A DNA stretch of 42,375 nt from Deltaproteobacteria bacterium TL4 (GCA_051382335.1 JBBCAX010000062.1:1-42375), one strand, 5' to 3'; positions 1-11,493 are shown, numbered from the stretch's first letter. A program made the numbers and translations. Notes: generated from the letters alone by a model not told the origin.

Positions 1-162
1 GATTTGTTCATCTTTCCAACCTGGGCCTCCCTCTCCTATGTCCGATTGCAGAAGAATTTGAGCATGTAAACGTTTATGAGCCGATGCTTTACCCGTACTC
101 ACCAGGGATTGCAGCTCCGCTCGTTCCTCCAGCGATAATCGTACCCTATATTTCTTTGCCAT
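1..162 (-). CDS. IS630-family transposase, N-terminal HTH region (runs off window edge)
   Basis: Manual translation from ATG at 162: MAKKYRVRLSLEERAELQSLVSTGKASAHKRLHAQILLQSDIGEGGPGWKDEQI, a typical IS630 transposase N-terminus; GAGG RBS upstream. Not in the ORF track. Confidence 0.8.
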   Translation of the reverse strand, partial: MAKKYRVRLSLEERAELQSLVSTGKASAHKRLHAQILLQSDIGEGGPGWKDEQI

Positions 163-265
163 CACAAACCTCGTTTCCATTGGATTTGATAAAAATTCAG
201 AAAATGAAAACGAAGTTACCTCAATTACCCGAAAATTGAAAGCTGACTATCTATAGCACCACTAG
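1..265 (-). mobile_element. Left part of IS630-like insertion sequence; probable end at CTAG 262-265
   Basis: Transposase start as above; minus strand reads CTAGTGGTGCTATAG at ~265-251, consistent with TA/CTAG-target IS630 ends. The other end is outside the window, so the boundary is unconfirmed. Confidence 0.55.
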
Positions 266-285
266 TTACTATTTGGCTCAATTTT

Positions 286-1971
286 TCATTCCGGTTTTTT
301 GAGTTCAAGGGTGACATCCACCAGTTTCGCAATTTCAGGGTCATGACTTACAAAAATCACGATTTTATCACGGTACGCATTTAAAATATTATGGATGACT
401 TGGATTCGTGTTTGTAGATCCAGGGCATTCGTACTTTCATCCAGTATCAAAACATCCGGTTGCCGTAACAAAGCACGCGCAATGCCAATCCGTTGACATT
501 GTCCTCCCGACAAATTGCTTCCCTGATAATTCAAGAGAGTGTCATAACCTGCGGGCATCTCTTGAATATCAGCATCAATGCATGCCAATAGACAGACGGA
601 ACGGAGCTCCTGTTCCGAAGCATCCCAACCATAGGTAATATTATTTGAAATGGAGTCGTTGAGAATGGTTGTCTTTTGCCCCAATATTAATATTTTTTTT
701 CTTAGACTCCGGTCAGCAATTTGCTGAATAGGCACATCATTAACCTCAATTTTCCCAGTTTGTATCGGATACAATTTCAAAAGGACATCAAATAACGTGG
801 ATTTTCCGACGCCAGAGGTTCCTTGGATCAAGTAACTTTTTCCTTGTTCAAACGTTGCATGGAAATCTTTTAAGACCCAATCCTTATTATTATATGAAAA
901 ACCAAGGGCATGAATTTTAATGGAAGTGACAGGCTCAGGACAGGGTTCTTTTTCATTTTGTTCCACAGGCTGTTCTTTAAGACTTTGTGTTACATCAGTA
1001 CCCGCTTTGGCTTCTGAAAAAAGATTCAAGCCCATTTGCGCACAATGCCCCAACGAGGGGAAAAAACGTTGGAGCAAGATCAGCATGGTTGTCAGCCAAA
1101 CCAGATCAATGCTTCCGTTGTTCAGGCTTTGTTTTTCCCCCAAAACCAAAATAACTCCCAGGAAAATCAGCAATAAAGGGGGGATCATTTTGAGTAATAT
1201 TTTAAAAAAATCAATCAGAAACAATACATAGGTATATTGATAAACACCCCGGGAATATTGCTCACTGATGTAGTCTTCCGCACAAAAGGCTTTTACTGAC
1301 CGTAAACTGTTCAACGCATCCAGGAAAATGGAATTTATGGTATTTGAAAGCCTGATCTGTCGCTTTCCCAAGCGTTCTTCTTTAGCTCCCACGAGGTAAA
1401 CAACAGGCAGCATGGCCCCTAAAAATAACGTAATCGCCATGCCCGACAGGGGCGAATACAGGAGGATGGCCGCATAATATGCCAGCGTTAGAAACAGCAT
1501 CGTCACCATTTGAGTAAACTGAATCACCAACATGCTGGCACGAAACGTTTCGTCTCCTGCCAAGGTAATAAAATAGCCGATACTTTTCTTTTCTATTTCA
1601 AGCATTGAATGCTGGCTTAGAATCAGGGAAAAGGCTTTTGAAGACATTTGTGCCATCACCCTTCGTCCCAGACGATCCGAGAGGCTATTATTCCAGGTGG
1701 TGATGATGATTCGTGTCGCCGAGAAAAAGAAAAACACCAGCATGAACAGCGAAACTTGGGGCGGCCACTCCAGCAGATCCATGATACGAAGGATCCAGTT
1801 ATTGGGTTCTAACGCCTGTCCTGAAGTAAGCAACAGCAACGGATACAAGCTTGCGACAGCTAGCATTTCAACAAAAACAGTACCCGTGCTGAGGACAAGA
1901 CTGACATAGAGTAAAGGATTTTTGCGGAAGGCGAATTGAACTAAATGGACTAAATAGATAAAAGGATTCAT
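286..1971 (-). CDS. ABC transporter, fused permease/ATP-binding (MsbA/PglK-like exporter)
   Basis: N-terminal TM domain, Walker A GTSGVGKS, signature LSGGQ, Walker B LILDE, H-loop VSHD. Start placed at ATG 1971 (MNPF) to avoid overlap with the upstream gene. Confidence 0.9.
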   Translation of the reverse strand: MNPFIYLVHLVQFAFRKNPLLYVSLVLSTGTVFVEMLAVASLYPLLLLTSGQALEPNNWILRIMDLLEWPPQVSLFMLVFFFFSATRIIITTWNNSLSDRLGRRVMAQMSSKAFSLILSQHSMLEIEKKSIGYFITLAGDETFRASMLVIQFTQMVTMLFLTLAYYAAILLYSPLSGMAITLFLGAMLPVVYLVGAKEERLGKRQIRLSNTINSIFLDALNSLRSVKAFCAEDYISEQYSRGVYQYTYVLFLIDFFKILLKMIPPLLLIFLGVILVLGEKQSLNNGSIDLVWLTTMLILLQRFFPSLGHCAQMGLNLFSEAKAGTDVTQSLKEQPVEQNEKEPCPEPVTSIKIHALGFSYNNKDWVLKDFHATFEQGKSYLIQGTSGVGKSTLFDVLLKLYPIQTGKIEVNDVPIQQIADRSLRKKILILGQKTTILNDSISNNITYGWDASEQELRSVCLLACIDADIQEMPAGYDTLLNYQGSNLSGGQCQRIGIARALLRQPDVLILDESTNALDLQTRIQVIHNILNAYRDKIVIFVSHDPEIAKLVDVTLELKKPE

Positions 1972-1990
1972 ATCGTGAGTGGGTCCCTGT

Positions 1991-2488
1991 TTATTTCTTT
2001 TTTCTTCTGGGACCAATCTTCCACGTAACTGTTACTTTCGCAACCAGTTCTTGTGCCGGATTGAAAATATTTCCCACAATATCAACCTTTTTTTCTTCAC
2101 TCCCGGTAAAAGGGATGAAACTGCATTCACAAATCAGATTGCCACGGGCTTTTTTGAAATATTCGACATCAATTTCAATGGGAATGCCACGTGCGTCTTG
2201 AGGCATGGTGTAGGTCATGGCAAGCCCCGTAGTCACTTCTCCAAAGTTGGTGATGGCAATAGCGTGAATACAATTCAAATGATTGCGAACCTTTCGCCGA
2301 TCTCTTAATAGCCCCTTGGAGTAACCTTCTCTTAACTCAATGAATTCCGCACTAATGGTTCCGGTATAAGGAGCCGCGGCACCAACCATTTTGCTAAACA
2401 GTAATTTGCCGCCTGGGATTTTCTGGGCAAACGCCCACTGCTTCCTTATGAAACCTGCCGTATCGTGAAGCGTTTCCTGTAAATCCAT
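1991..2488 (-). CDS. Hotdog-fold thioesterase (PaaI/DUF4442-like)
   Basis: APYTGTI and RNHLNCIHAIA motifs, YFKKARG; GGAGG RBS before ATG 2488/2491. Confidence 0.8.
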   Translation of the reverse strand: MDLQETLHDTAGFIRKQWAFAQKIPGGKLLFSKMVGAAAPYTGTISAEFIELREGYSKGLLRDRRKVRNHLNCIHAIAITNFGEVTTGLAMTYTMPQDARGIPIEIDVEYFKKARGNLICECSFIPFTGSEEKKVDIVGNIFNPAQELVAKVTVTWKIGPRRKKK

Positions 2489-2518
2489 CATGCCTCCCAA
2501 TTGTCAGAAAAAATAGCC

Positions 2519-5182
2519 TCACTCCTCCTCACTGTCAGGCTCCATATCAGAAACACTATCTGAATTTTCGTCGTCAGAGCTTTCGTCGTCAGAGCTTTCG
2601 TCGTCAGAGCTTTCGTCGTCAGAGCTTTCGTCATCAGAGCTTTCGTCATCAGACATCTCATCATCAGACATCTCGTCTGAGCTTTCATCAACAGAACCGT
2701 CTGATTCGACAGTAACCGCTTCGCCAGGAACACCAGTGTTTCCAGCGATGCCTTCTTCGCTATCTTCTTCAAGTACAGGCGAAAACGCAATCACACGTTC
2801 GTCTTCATCCAGGCGGATAAGCCGGTTACCTTGGGTAACTCTTCCAATAATGGAAATATTATGAATTGGAATTCGAATCAGTTTTCCAGTTTGCGTAATA
2901 ATAAACAATTGATAGCCGTCTTCAACTTCCAAAGAGCCGACAACCAGACCCGTTTTTTTGGTGGTATTGATATTTTTGACACCATAATTTCCACGATGTT
3001 TAGCGAGGGGATAATCCTTTATTTCTGTTCTCTTTCCATACCCATTCTCAGTAACCGTCAATAAACTGCCAATTTTCCTAATGACGACAGCCGAGACCAC
3101 CTTATCATCTCCTTTAAGACGAATGCCCTTAACGCCACGGGCGGTGCGGCCCATTGTTCGGACAACCGATTCGTGAATATGAAGATTCAAGCCTTTACGC
3201 GTCGCAAAAATGATCTCATTATCGCCACTGGTGATCTGTGCGGAAATCAAAGAATCACCTTCATCCAGCGTAATCCCGCGTATCCCGTTGGCACGAATAT
3301 GGGCACAATCCAACTGATCGATTTTTTTACAAATACCATTGGCGGTACACATAAAGATCAGTTGATTTTGAACATCCTGGGGAATGGTGAGATAGGTTCG
3401 TACTTTTTCATCAGGGCGTAAAGGTAATAAATTGATAATCGCCTTTCCCCGGGTATTGGGACCGGCTAATGGAAGCTGGTAAACTTTCTTGCAAAAAATC
3501 TGTCCCAGGTTGGTGAAGAAAAGCATGTAATCATGGGTTGAGGAGACAAACATTTCTTCTACAAAGTCTTCATCTTTGGTAGACATTCCCATCTTCCCTC
3601 TGCCCCCGCGGCGCTGTGTTCGATATTCAGTGACGGGACTTCGCTTGATGTATCCCGTATGTGATACCGTAATCACCATATCCTCTTCTTTAATCAATTC
3701 TTCCACAGAAATGGAACTGTCTCCCTCAATAATTTCGGTCCTCCGTCCATCCGAATATTGATCCAGAATCAGTTGAGACTCCTCACGAATAATACCCAAA
3801 ACCAACTCTTCGTTTTCCAAAATTTCGTGATATCTCGCAATTGCTTTCAAGATCTGGTCATAATCCGTTTTGATTTTGTCTTGTTCCAACCCTGTCAAGC
3901 GTTGAAGTTTCATATCCAAAATGGCTTGGGCTTGTAATTTGGAAAGCACATACTGATCCATTAAGTGCTGTTGAGCCTCATTTCCATTTTCCGCTTCCCG
4001 AATCAACGTAATCACAGCATCCAGGTTGTCCAAAGCGATAGCCAGTCCTTCCAAAATATGGGCCTTGGCCTGGGCCTGACTTAACTCGAAGCGCGTTCTA
4101 CGGGTGATGACTTCAATGCGGTGTTTCAGAAATAATTCTAAAACATTCCTGAGCGGGAGGATCTTCGGTTGATTATCCACAATCGCCAGCATGATGATCC
4201 CGAAGGACGATTGCATGGCCGTATGTTTATAAAGATTACTCAAGACCACTGAAGGATTCTCATTCTTTTTAACCTGAATATAAATCCGCATCCCTTTTCG
4301 ATCTGATTCATCACGAAGTTCCGATATTCCCTCGATGTTTTTCTCACGAACCAAACCTGCGATTTTCTCAATAAGCATGGCCTTGTTGACCATATAAGGC
4401 AATTCAGTGACAATGATACATTCTCGATCATTTTTTTCTTTTTCAACGTGAGTTTTCGCTCGAACCTTTATGATCCCTCTGCCTGTGCTGTAGGCGCTAT
4501 AGATCCCATAGTGACCTACAATCGTCCCTCCGGTCGGAAAGTCCGGACCAGGAATGAATTCCATCAGTTCCGGCAAGGTAACGTCATGACGGTGATCGAT
4601 AAAATAAAGAAAGGCTTCCATCACCTCCTTCAAATTGTGGGGAGGAATATTACTGGACATTCCCACAGCAATTCCGGTGGAACCATTCACCAACAAATTA
4701 GGGATCCGTGTTGGCAGAACCGTGGGTTCCTCAACAGAATCATCATAGTTGGGGATAAAATCAACGGTGTCCTTATCCAAGTCAACCAATATTTCACGGG
4801 TCACCTTTTGCATGCGGACTTCCGTATACCGCATGGCCGCAGGCGAATCTCCATCCACAGAACCAAAGTTTCCCTGACCATCGATCAGGGGGTAACGCAT
4901 CGAAAAATCCTGCGTTAACCGGACCATGGTATCATAAACCGCGACATCACCATGAGGGTGATACTTACCAATCACGTCTCCAACAACTCTTGCGGATTTG
5001 CGATAGGGCTTATTGTATTCAATATTTTGCTCATGCATTGCATACAAAACTCGCCGATGGACTGGTTTCAGTCCATCCCTGACATCAGGTAATGCGCGTC
5101 CTACAATAACACTCATAGCGTATTCCATATAGGAATCTCGCATCTCATCAACAATATCGATATCAATAATGGTTTCTGTCAT
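2519..5182 (-). CDS. gyrA: DNA gyrase subunit A
   Basis: [23 protein letters not shown], catalytic AAMRY, GyrA-box QRRGGRG, beta-pinwheel CTD and acidic tail. Confidence 0.98.
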   Translation of the reverse strand: MTETIIDIDIVDEMRDSYMEYAMSVIVGRALPDVRDGLKPVHRRVLYAMHEQNIEYNKPYRKSARVVGDVIGKYHPHGDVAVYDTMVRLTQDFSMRYPLIDGQGNFGSVDGDSPAAMRYTEVRMQKVTREILVDLDKDTVDFIPNYDDSVEEPTVLPTRIPNLLVNGSTGIAVGMSSNIPPHNLKEVMEAFLYFIDHRHDVTLPELMEFIPGPDFPTGGTIVGHYGIYSAYSTGRGIIKVRAKTHVEKEKNDRECIIVTELPYMVNKAMLIEKIAGLVREKNIEGISELRDESDRKGMRIYIQVKKNENPSVVLSNLYKHTAMQSSFGIIMLAIVDNQPKILPLRNVLELFLKHRIEVITRRTRFELSQAQAKAHILEGLAIALDNLDAVITLIREAENGNEAQQHLMDQYVLSKLQAQAILDMKLQRLTGLEQDKIKTDYDQILKAIARYHEILENEELVLGIIREESQLILDQYSDGRRTEIIEGDSSISVEELIKEEDMVITVSHTGYIKRSPVTEYRTQRRGGRGKMGMSTKDEDFVEEMFVSSTHDYMLFFTNLGQIFCKKVYQLPLAGPNTRGKAIINLLPLRPDEKVRTYLTIPQDVQNQLIFMCTANGICKKIDQLDCAHIRANGIRGITLDEGDSLISAQITSGDNEIIFATRKGLNLHIHESVVRTMGRTARGVKGIRLKGDDKVVSAVVIRKIGSLLTVTENGYGKRTEIKDYPLAKHRGNYGVKNINTTKKTGLVVGSLEVEDGYQLFIITQTGKLIRIPIHNISIIGRVTQGNRLIRLDEDERVIAFSPVLEEDSEEGIAGNTGVPGEAVTVESDGSVDESSDEMSDDEMSDDESSDDESSDDESSDDESSDDESSDDENSDSVSDMEPDSEEE
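2566..2670. repeat. 15-bp coding tandem repeat (~7 units, TTTCGTCGTCAGAGC) encoding (S/M)SDDE in the GyrA tail
   Basis: Four exact units at 2566-2625 followed by three degenerate units. Confidence 0.95.
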
Positions 5183-5246
5183 GGGAACCTTGGATTAGTG
5201 AAAAAGAAAAAATCAGGAGCAATGACTCCTCTACCCTGTCTTAATG

Positions 5247-6044
5247 TTATAGCTTCTTAACGGCATACTCATGATCACGTTTGCTGATGACCGTGATTTT
5301 CTCGATCTCATCACCTTTCTCAATTTTATTGACAACAGTCATACCTTCGGTCACCTTTCCAAATACGGTATGTTTCCCATTTAAATGTGGTGTCGCCGTA
5401 TGCGTGATAAAAAACTGACTTCCATTGGTATTCTGACCTGAATTGGCCATAGAAAGGGTTCCCGCTGAATCGTGTTTCCGTTTATCGGAGCATTCGTCGG
5501 CAAACCGATAGCCTGGTCCGCCTGTCCCTGTCCCTTCAGGACATCCGCCCTGTATCATGAAATCTTTAATGACTCGATGGAAATTCAAACCATCATAAAA
5601 TTTCTGTTCTATCAAACTGATGAAATTAGCCACGGTATTCGGAGCTTCGTCTTCAAATAATTCCAAGGTGATGGCTCCCTTGTTTGTTTCAATTTGTACC
5701 ACGGGAAGCGCTTTTTCAGTTTCATCCTCTTCTACGTCTTCAAAGTCTCCATCTTCAACATCCGCATCGTCAGCGTTCGGCATGGAAAATGTTGAAGGAT
5801 CAATACCCAGTGATGAAAGATCAAAATTTGACGGAAAGCTTCCTGAGCTTTGAGAGTCACCCCACTTCCCATGCTCAAAAAGCAATAATTTGGCGACACC
5901 GCGAAATGGAGAAAAGATTTTGAAATAGGAATCCTCATCTTCACCTTCAATAGTAATTTCAGTTTCAGTTTCCTTAACAATCTTCGCTGAATACTTAACA
6001 TCTAACCCTTTGGGAAAGGTAATGCTTTTATCCTCAATTTTCAT
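5247..6044 (-). CDS. Cyclophilin-type peptidyl-prolyl cis-trans isomerase with ~110-aa N-terminal extension
   Basis: [42 protein letters not shown]. Confidence 0.93.
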   Translation of the reverse strand: MKIEDKSITFPKGLDVKYSAKIVKETETEITIEGEDEDSYFKIFSPFRGVAKLLLFEHGKWGDSQSSGSFPSNFDLSSLGIDPSTFSMPNADDADVEDGDFEDVEEDETEKALPVVQIETNKGAITLELFEDEAPNTVANFISLIEQKFYDGLNFHRVIKDFMIQGGCPEGTGTGGPGYRFADECSDKRKHDSAGTLSMANSGQNTNGSQFFITHTATPHLNGKHTVFGKVTEGMTVVNKIEKGDEIEKITVISKRDHEYAVKKL

Positions 6045-6235
6045 AATACCTTTATCTCAGTTTTAAATTTTCATGATAAAAAAACGCTTATGCTTGTAAC
6101 ACACGGAAAATCAAGAAGTTCCTCCATACGCATTGAAAACGCAACCATCCGTTTTCAAATCCTATGGATACGAGGATTTCGTGCTGTTTTTGAAGGAATG
6201 AAAGGCGTGTTTTTGGACACCATGAGAAAAACAAC

Positions 6236-6283
6236 CGGACTCCGCTCAAAATCCCAGCGCATGAGGGGAGTCCGTTATTTTTT
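6236..6283. terminator. Probable intrinsic terminator hairpin downstream of the 846-aa gene
   Basis: CGGACTCCGCTCA...TGAGGGGAGTCCG stem, flanked by an A-rich tract on the left and a T-tract on the right. Confidence 0.55.
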
Positions 6284-6291
6284 GAACGTCT

Positions 6292-8832
6292 TCAGTTTGG
6301 ATAAGCAAGCTGCTTGGCTATCTTAACGTAAGGCGTCATTAAGTGATGCTGTTTGTGACTGTTCGAGTCTTGTAGTTCACCAATTCGCTGGTTTACTTCA
6401 TCCCAGAATATTTTGTAAGCATTTTTACGTGCGGCATAAGGCAGTTGAGTACAAATCAACCCTCCTTTTTCAATAAAATACTCATCGCGTGTATGAAAAT
6501 AAGCACGAACCGCATGCAGCGCTACAGAATGTTCTAACTGATCAATACAAAATTCCAAAAACTGTTCAAACCATTTTAAAAACGCCCCATGTTTATCGGG
6601 TAAACCATTACGACTCAAGTCAAATAAACCTAAACTGAGATCTATCAAGGAACGCAAGCACGCCGGATGAGGACGTTTTTCAGGGAGGGTGGCGACTTCA
6701 AAGATTTCCTTCATCAGTTCAGTAGGTTCAGGTTTGAAGGCCATAATCGTCATCACACAGTTATGAAAAACATTATACTTCACCCCTTCATTGTCCTCAA
6801 TTTTCTTTCGATCTCGAACCATAAAGTTGTGATACTTTTCATCCACAAGGGCACTCGGCTCAAACTTTGCCATGAATTGAAGCAATAATTGAGTGATGGT
6901 TTTACGTTCAGACCAGTATAAATTAGGGTTGATGTGGCGGATCTTCTTGGCTAAATCACGCTCAGAGATAAAACGTTGGGATTCGTTTGAAGTTCTTTGA
7001 ATCCAGCGGGATTGTGCGTCAATAACCGTTTTTACAATTTGAATACGTGAGTCAGGAAGTTGTTCTATCGCATCAATAAAAGAAGCAACAAGTTTCTTCT
7101 CCGTTTTTAATAAGCCCAAATGCCGTCCTGATTGAACCGTCACTCCAATAGCTGTCGACAAACCGTTTTTAAGAATAAAGTTTTTGATATGCTTTGAGTT
7201 TTCATCCGTATGATCCGGTTTTTCGGGATCACTGTCCAAACGGAGTTTACATAAATGAGGCCACTTATTCCAAAAACGGTAAAAGGACCTTGAGGGCGAA
7301 AGAATATCATCGACAGCCTGGATTGCAAGCACAGGCGTCGCCGGAGAAATCCGGTAAATGTTTTCGGTATAATTGATCCCTACACTCCCCTTCAACAAGG
7401 GTTTATTAGGATCGGTATCACTATCAAAAATATCATAAGGCATTAAGGCATATTCGTCATAATTGTAAGAGGTTACCCCCTCTACAGGCCCTTTGACAAA
7501 TTTGATGAAATGGTGCGCAACCATTCTCGGTGGATTGGTGACCGCTCTTTCGGCAAGTGCTTTCAGAAACTTGGGATCGGTGGTGATAGGGTTGATCTTA
7601 AAATCAAGCAGCCATTGCAAAAGTCTATTGTATTCCAAAACAGGAAGTTTTTGCAAATTCTTCAATATTTTCGTATTCATGTCATGGCAAATCAGGTATT
7701 CAATCATCGGGATGGAAAATATCATTTTTAGCGGGCCGGAGGCCATCACATTCCCTTGATACCCGAACACATCAAGTCCCATTTCAAAGGCTTTACAAAA
7801 CCACTGCGGAACCCAATAATCCGAATCAAAATTGACAGGCGAAGCCAAAATCATCAGGGCTTTGATTGAGTTCATAAACTTGGGACGTCGAACAGAATCC
7901 AAAATGGTTTTGAAAATCGCGATCATCCCCCCCATGCTATGTCCACCAAGAATCACTCTGGAAAGCCCTGTCCGCTCCACCACAAAATCAACCATGGTAG
8001 TGATCAGGTACTCTGTATAAACATCAATGTTTGCGTCACGGTCCTTTTTGTCATGGTCCAGAACAAACAAACGACTCCCTTCTCGAACCAAGTAATAGTC
8101 GATGCTTTCATTGCCTTCACTATGAAAAGAGTAGTAATTGGAAACAAATCCCGGCACCAGGCAAACAGGCGTAGGTTTGGTGACTTTAAGTGGAACAAAT
8201 TCCCAGATTTTGACACAACTTCCATGAAATTTGAAAATTTTATGAATATAAATATGCTTGATGAAAAAGGGAATCGGATTGCCGTCGGGGTGCACCCTAT
8301 GGATTTCCGTCGTTTCAATGACATCAAAATGATAGGGGGTGGGTGTGTAACGATCCTCATAAAGAATTCGTGAACGTGGAACATCCTTCAGCATTGTCTC
8401 AAAAACACGACGATTGATTCTTTTTCTCAGGTGAGGCGCAACGTCATGATACGTTGAGGCCAGTCCCAAGAGTTTGAAAATGTCCATCAAGTCACTTAGA
8501 GATCGTAAATAGAAACAATCTTTCTCTTGAATCAAATAAACTCGTTTGCGGGGATTTTTCTCACGATCTTGAAGCGAGTTAAAATAGCGGGTGTGGAGTT
8601 CCTTGTAGATTTTATCGAAAATGTACTGCGCGTGTCGATCTTCGGCTTCAGCAATAATTTGCGCAATGTTTTCACCGCCTTGGGAGGTAGCCCTTCTCAA
8701 AAGCTGATAGATCCGATTGCATAACGTACGGATCATCATCCCCCGAGACCGTACCAAGGCACTTGAAGTTGAAGTATCCACGAGTTCTTTGGGCTCGGGT
8801 TCAACCTCCAATTGTTTCACCAAAACAGACAT
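6292..8832 (-). CDS. Large alpha/beta-hydrolase-fold protein with uncharacterised N- and C-terminal regions
   Basis: LVPGF oxyanion-type segment, GHSMGG nucleophile elbow, LASP, candidate Asp (AVDDILSP) and His (GRHLGLL); GGAGG RBS. Confidence 0.7.
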   Translation of the reverse strand: MSVLVKQLEVEPEPKELVDTSTSSALVRSRGMMIRTLCNRIYQLLRRATSQGGENIAQIIAEAEDRHAQYIFDKIYKELHTRYFNSLQDREKNPRKRVYLIQEKDCFYLRSLSDLMDIFKLLGLASTYHDVAPHLRKRINRRVFETMLKDVPRSRILYEDRYTPTPYHFDVIETTEIHRVHPDGNPIPFFIKHIYIHKIFKFHGSCVKIWEFVPLKVTKPTPVCLVPGFVSNYYSFHSEGNESIDYYLVREGSRLFVLDHDKKDRDANIDVYTEYLITTMVDFVVERTGLSRVILGGHSMGGMIAIFKTILDSVRRPKFMNSIKALMILASPVNFDSDYWVPQWFCKAFEMGLDVFGYQGNVMASGPLKMIFSIPMIEYLICHDMNTKILKNLQKLPVLEYNRLLQWLLDFKINPITTDPKFLKALAERAVTNPPRMVAHHFIKFVKGPVEGVTSYNYDEYALMPYDIFDSDTDPNKPLLKGSVGINYTENIYRISPATPVLAIQAVDDILSPSRSFYRFWNKWPHLCKLRLDSDPEKPDHTDENSKHIKNFILKNGLSTAIGVTVQSGRHLGLLKTEKKLVASFIDAIEQLPDSRIQIVKTVIDAQSRWIQRTSNESQRFISERDLAKKIRHINPNLYWSERKTITQLLLQFMAKFEPSALVDEKYHNFMVRDRKKIEDNEGVKYNVFHNCVMTIMAFKPEPTELMKEIFEVATLPEKRPHPACLRSLIDLSLGLFDLSRNGLPDKHGAFLKWFEQFLEFCIDQLEHSVALHAVRAYFHTRDEYFIEKGGLICTQLPYAARKNAYKIFWDEVNQRIGELQDSNSHKQHHLMTPYVKIAKQLAYPN

Positions 8833-9301
8833 ATAGCCTCCTTTCGTATGCTCTCAAATTTCACTTCATGAAGAACCTGAACTCAATAACACAGCAATCA
8901 TCAACAGGACACGCCGTAATCAATACGCCTTAGCGTTCCTATGCTTGAATATGCAAACAATCAACCAATGAAGAACATCGAAATAAAACAAACAAGAATC
9001 TCAGGTGCCTCAGGGATCGTTCTTTGCCTCAAAACACCAGCTTTTTTCTCAAACCTGGAGGAGACGACCGCAACAAGGAAGAGCTTTTGCTCAGTCTTCC
9101 TGAACATTCCCGTGAGTACGTCTGGAATCGCTGATTTGAGGGCTTTCTGATCAGGAATTGCATCAGTCGCTATCTTCAATAATTCATCGCATTCTGTCAA
9201 TACGTTATTCTACGTAAGCTGGGAAGGGGGTGAAAGAACCAGGAAACACGCTGTGCGAGGCAAAAACATAAGACACCACCTCGCCCAAAATCATTCGGAA
9301 A

Positions 9302-9670
9302 TTACTGCCAATTGGACTGAAGCTCCCCTTCTTGTTCCGGGGGTTCAAACATAAATGAAGTCTTGCAACCACAAGAACCTTTTGCGGAGGGATTGTTAAA
9401 GCGTAGTCCTCGATCAACCAAACCATAACTCCAATCGATCTCTGTTCCCTTAACGTAAAGATGACTTTTCTTATCCACAACGAGCTTCAGCCCTTGAGAT
9501 TCAAACTCCAAGTCAAATTTCCCCTTTTTGGAATCAAAGTCAAAGGTATACGTAAATCCAGCACACCCGCCACCTTTGACGCCAACACGAACCATGGTCT
9601 CTGCTGGAAGGTTCTGTTCTTCCATAATTTTCCTGATTTCTTTGGCCGCATTTTCTGTCAGCGTAACCAT
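9302..9670 (-). CDS. A-type Fe-S cluster carrier (HesB/IscA/ErpA family)
   Basis: RVGVKGGGCAG and C-terminal FNNPSAKGSCGCKTSF; starts GTG after a GGAG RBS. Confidence 0.93.
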   Translation of the reverse strand: MVTLTENAAKEIRKIMEEQNLPAETMVRVGVKGGGCAGFTYTFDFDSKKGKFDLEFESQGLKLVVDKKSHLYVKGTEIDWSYGLVDRGLRFNNPSAKGSCGCKTSFMFEPPEQEGELQSNWQ

Positions 9671-9835
9671 ACTCTACTCCTTATTTGATTAAGTTCACTC
9701 TTTTTTGGAGATCCCACTATACCAGAAACCATTTGCATTGTCCATGATAAGGAAACATATCAAGTTTCGCACAGAAATGCCGATAAGGAGGTTGGAGATC
9801 TGTTAAAATCTAATTAAATATCGCTGATAAATGTT

Positions 9836-10828
9836 ATGAAATTATCCCTAAAAGCCATGCGTTATACGCTCATCGTTGCTCTTTCGCTGCTAGGTCCTGC
9901 GATGTCTTTCGGACAAACTTCCGCGACAACAATGAGCCTCAGTTACTCCAAAAGCAGTGATAGCAGCGATGCCATAGTCCCAGGGACGTACTCTACCCAA
10001 AGTACGGGGCAAGCCGAAGGGAATTCCGCCTCACTGGAATATGTCTATGATTTTTTTGAATTTTCCGGTAGCCGTTCTGAGTCTAATAATATCAGTTACA
10101 GTAAAACCCTGGACATTAGCACAACGCCGTCAAGTGACTATTCCATCTCTTCAAACAAGGAAGTTTACTTTTCCTATGATATGACCAGTACCTTGATTCT
10201 ATCTTTTTTGGTTGTAGAACTTGCGCTGGAATTCAACAAGGAAGAAAGTCAGTCCGATACCACCTTACCTCTCTATCGAGAAACGATTACCTCAAAAGAA
10301 ACGATTGATATCCCCATGCGAAAAGGATTGGGACTGATCTGGAAACCCCTGAAAATGATTGTGAGAGAAGGGACGCAAATTCGCTCGTTTCGCTATGTTC
10401 AAGATGGGATCAGCCTGGGGGATGAGCAATATGAATTCCTTTTCAAAAGCTACTATTTCGCTCTTGAACCTGAAGAAGTCGGGTTTTTCCTCAAGCTGAG
10501 CTTTGAACGGGAGACTTATCCCGAAGTCAAAGGGGAACAGATTACCTTGGCAGCACAATCCAATGACCGTCTTAGCGCAGAAATGGGGTATGCTTCTGAT
10601 ATCAAAGTGGCTCTGGGAACGTCAATTGATCAAACACGTGTTGAATATAAAACCTTAATCACCGTGGAAACCTCATCTCAGGCACGATCCTTCACCTTTG
10701 GTTATCATGAATGGACGTTTGGCTTGTCAGAAATCATTTACAAAAAGACCAAAGACGTCTACCAATTGCACTCTGTGACTGAATCTACGGCCTACCAAGT
10801 CTCTCTCTCCTACACGAAAGTTGAGTAA
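9836..10828 (+). CDS. Hypothetical exported protein, possibly an outer-membrane beta-barrel
   Basis: Signal-peptide-like N-terminus; many alternating Ser/Thr/Tyr/Phe beta-strand patterns. Confidence 0.55.
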   Translation: MKLSLKAMRYTLIVALSLLGPAMSFGQTSATTMSLSYSKSSDSSDAIVPGTYSTQSTGQAEGNSASLEYVYDFFEFSGSRSESNNISYSKTLDISTTPSSDYSISSNKEVYFSYDMTSTLILSFLVVELALEFNKEESQSDTTLPLYRETITSKETIDIPMRKGLGLIWKPLKMIVREGTQIRSFRYVQDGISLGDEQYEFLFKSYYFALEPEEVGFFLKLSFERETYPEVKGEQITLAAQSNDRLSAEMGYASDIKVALGTSIDQTRVEYKTLITVETSSQARSFTFGYHEWTFGLSEIIYKKTKDVYQLHSVTESTAYQVSLSYTKVE

Positions 10829-11049
10829 TTCACACGGCGGTGGCTTTCTCCAAAGTCTGTTAAACGCGAAATCTAAACTTTAAATAGATTCTGAAAAAGC
10901 TTGTAATACTTGTTTGAAGGGGGTAATCACATGTGTTTTACTTACTTCACCAAGGAAAGACTGGTCTTCTGAGAGAGTAAAAGGACATTTACGGTTATTC
11001 ATCCGTAGTACCAGCTGGAATTACAGGGAATATCAAGGACAAGGCAATT

Positions 11050-11493
11050 ATGAAAACACGATCAATTCACAAAGAAGACATTGAAAATGGCAAATATCCA
11101 AGGCAGTGGTGGATTGTCGATGCAGATGGAATGACTTTGGGACGTTTATCCACTCGAATCGCAACGGTATTGCGAGGGAAACATAAGCCGATTTATACGC
11201 CTCATGTGGACACAGGAGACTTTGTTATTGTCGTTAATGCCGACAAGATCACAATGACGGGTAATAAAGCTCAAGGAAAACTCTATTTTCATCACACCGG
11301 CTATCCTGGTGGAATTAAACAAGCCAGAGCCTCAGAACTTTTACAGAAAAACCCGACAATGGTGGTTTACAAAGCAGTAAAAGGAATGATGGCCAAAAAC
11401 GCTTTGAATCGCAATGCGTTACGTAGACTCAAACTGTATGCAGGAGGAGATCATCCTCATGTAGCCCAGCAACCTCAACCTTTAGCAGTATAG
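11050..11493 (+). CDS. rplM: 50S ribosomal protein L13
   Basis: [42 protein letters not shown]. Confidence 0.98.
   Translation: MKTRSIHKEDIENGKYPRQWWIVDADGMTLGRLSTRIATVLRGKHKPIYTPHVDTGDFVIVVNADKITMTGNKAQGKLYFHHTGYPGGIKQARASELLQKNPTMVVYKAVKGMMAKNALNRNALRRLKLYAGGDHPHVAQQPQPLAV

Noticed and set aside
2566..2670. Possible CRISPR array
   Set aside because: Contiguous 15-bp units with no spacers, inside a coding region; no cas genes.
2488..2790. 100-aa ORF with KALTT repeats
   Set aside because: Alternative-frame reading of the gyrA tail repeat; overlaps gyrA almost entirely.
8941..9300. Short ORFs between the hydrolase and the IscA-like gene
   Set aside because: No recognisable motif or clear RBS; cannot be supported.
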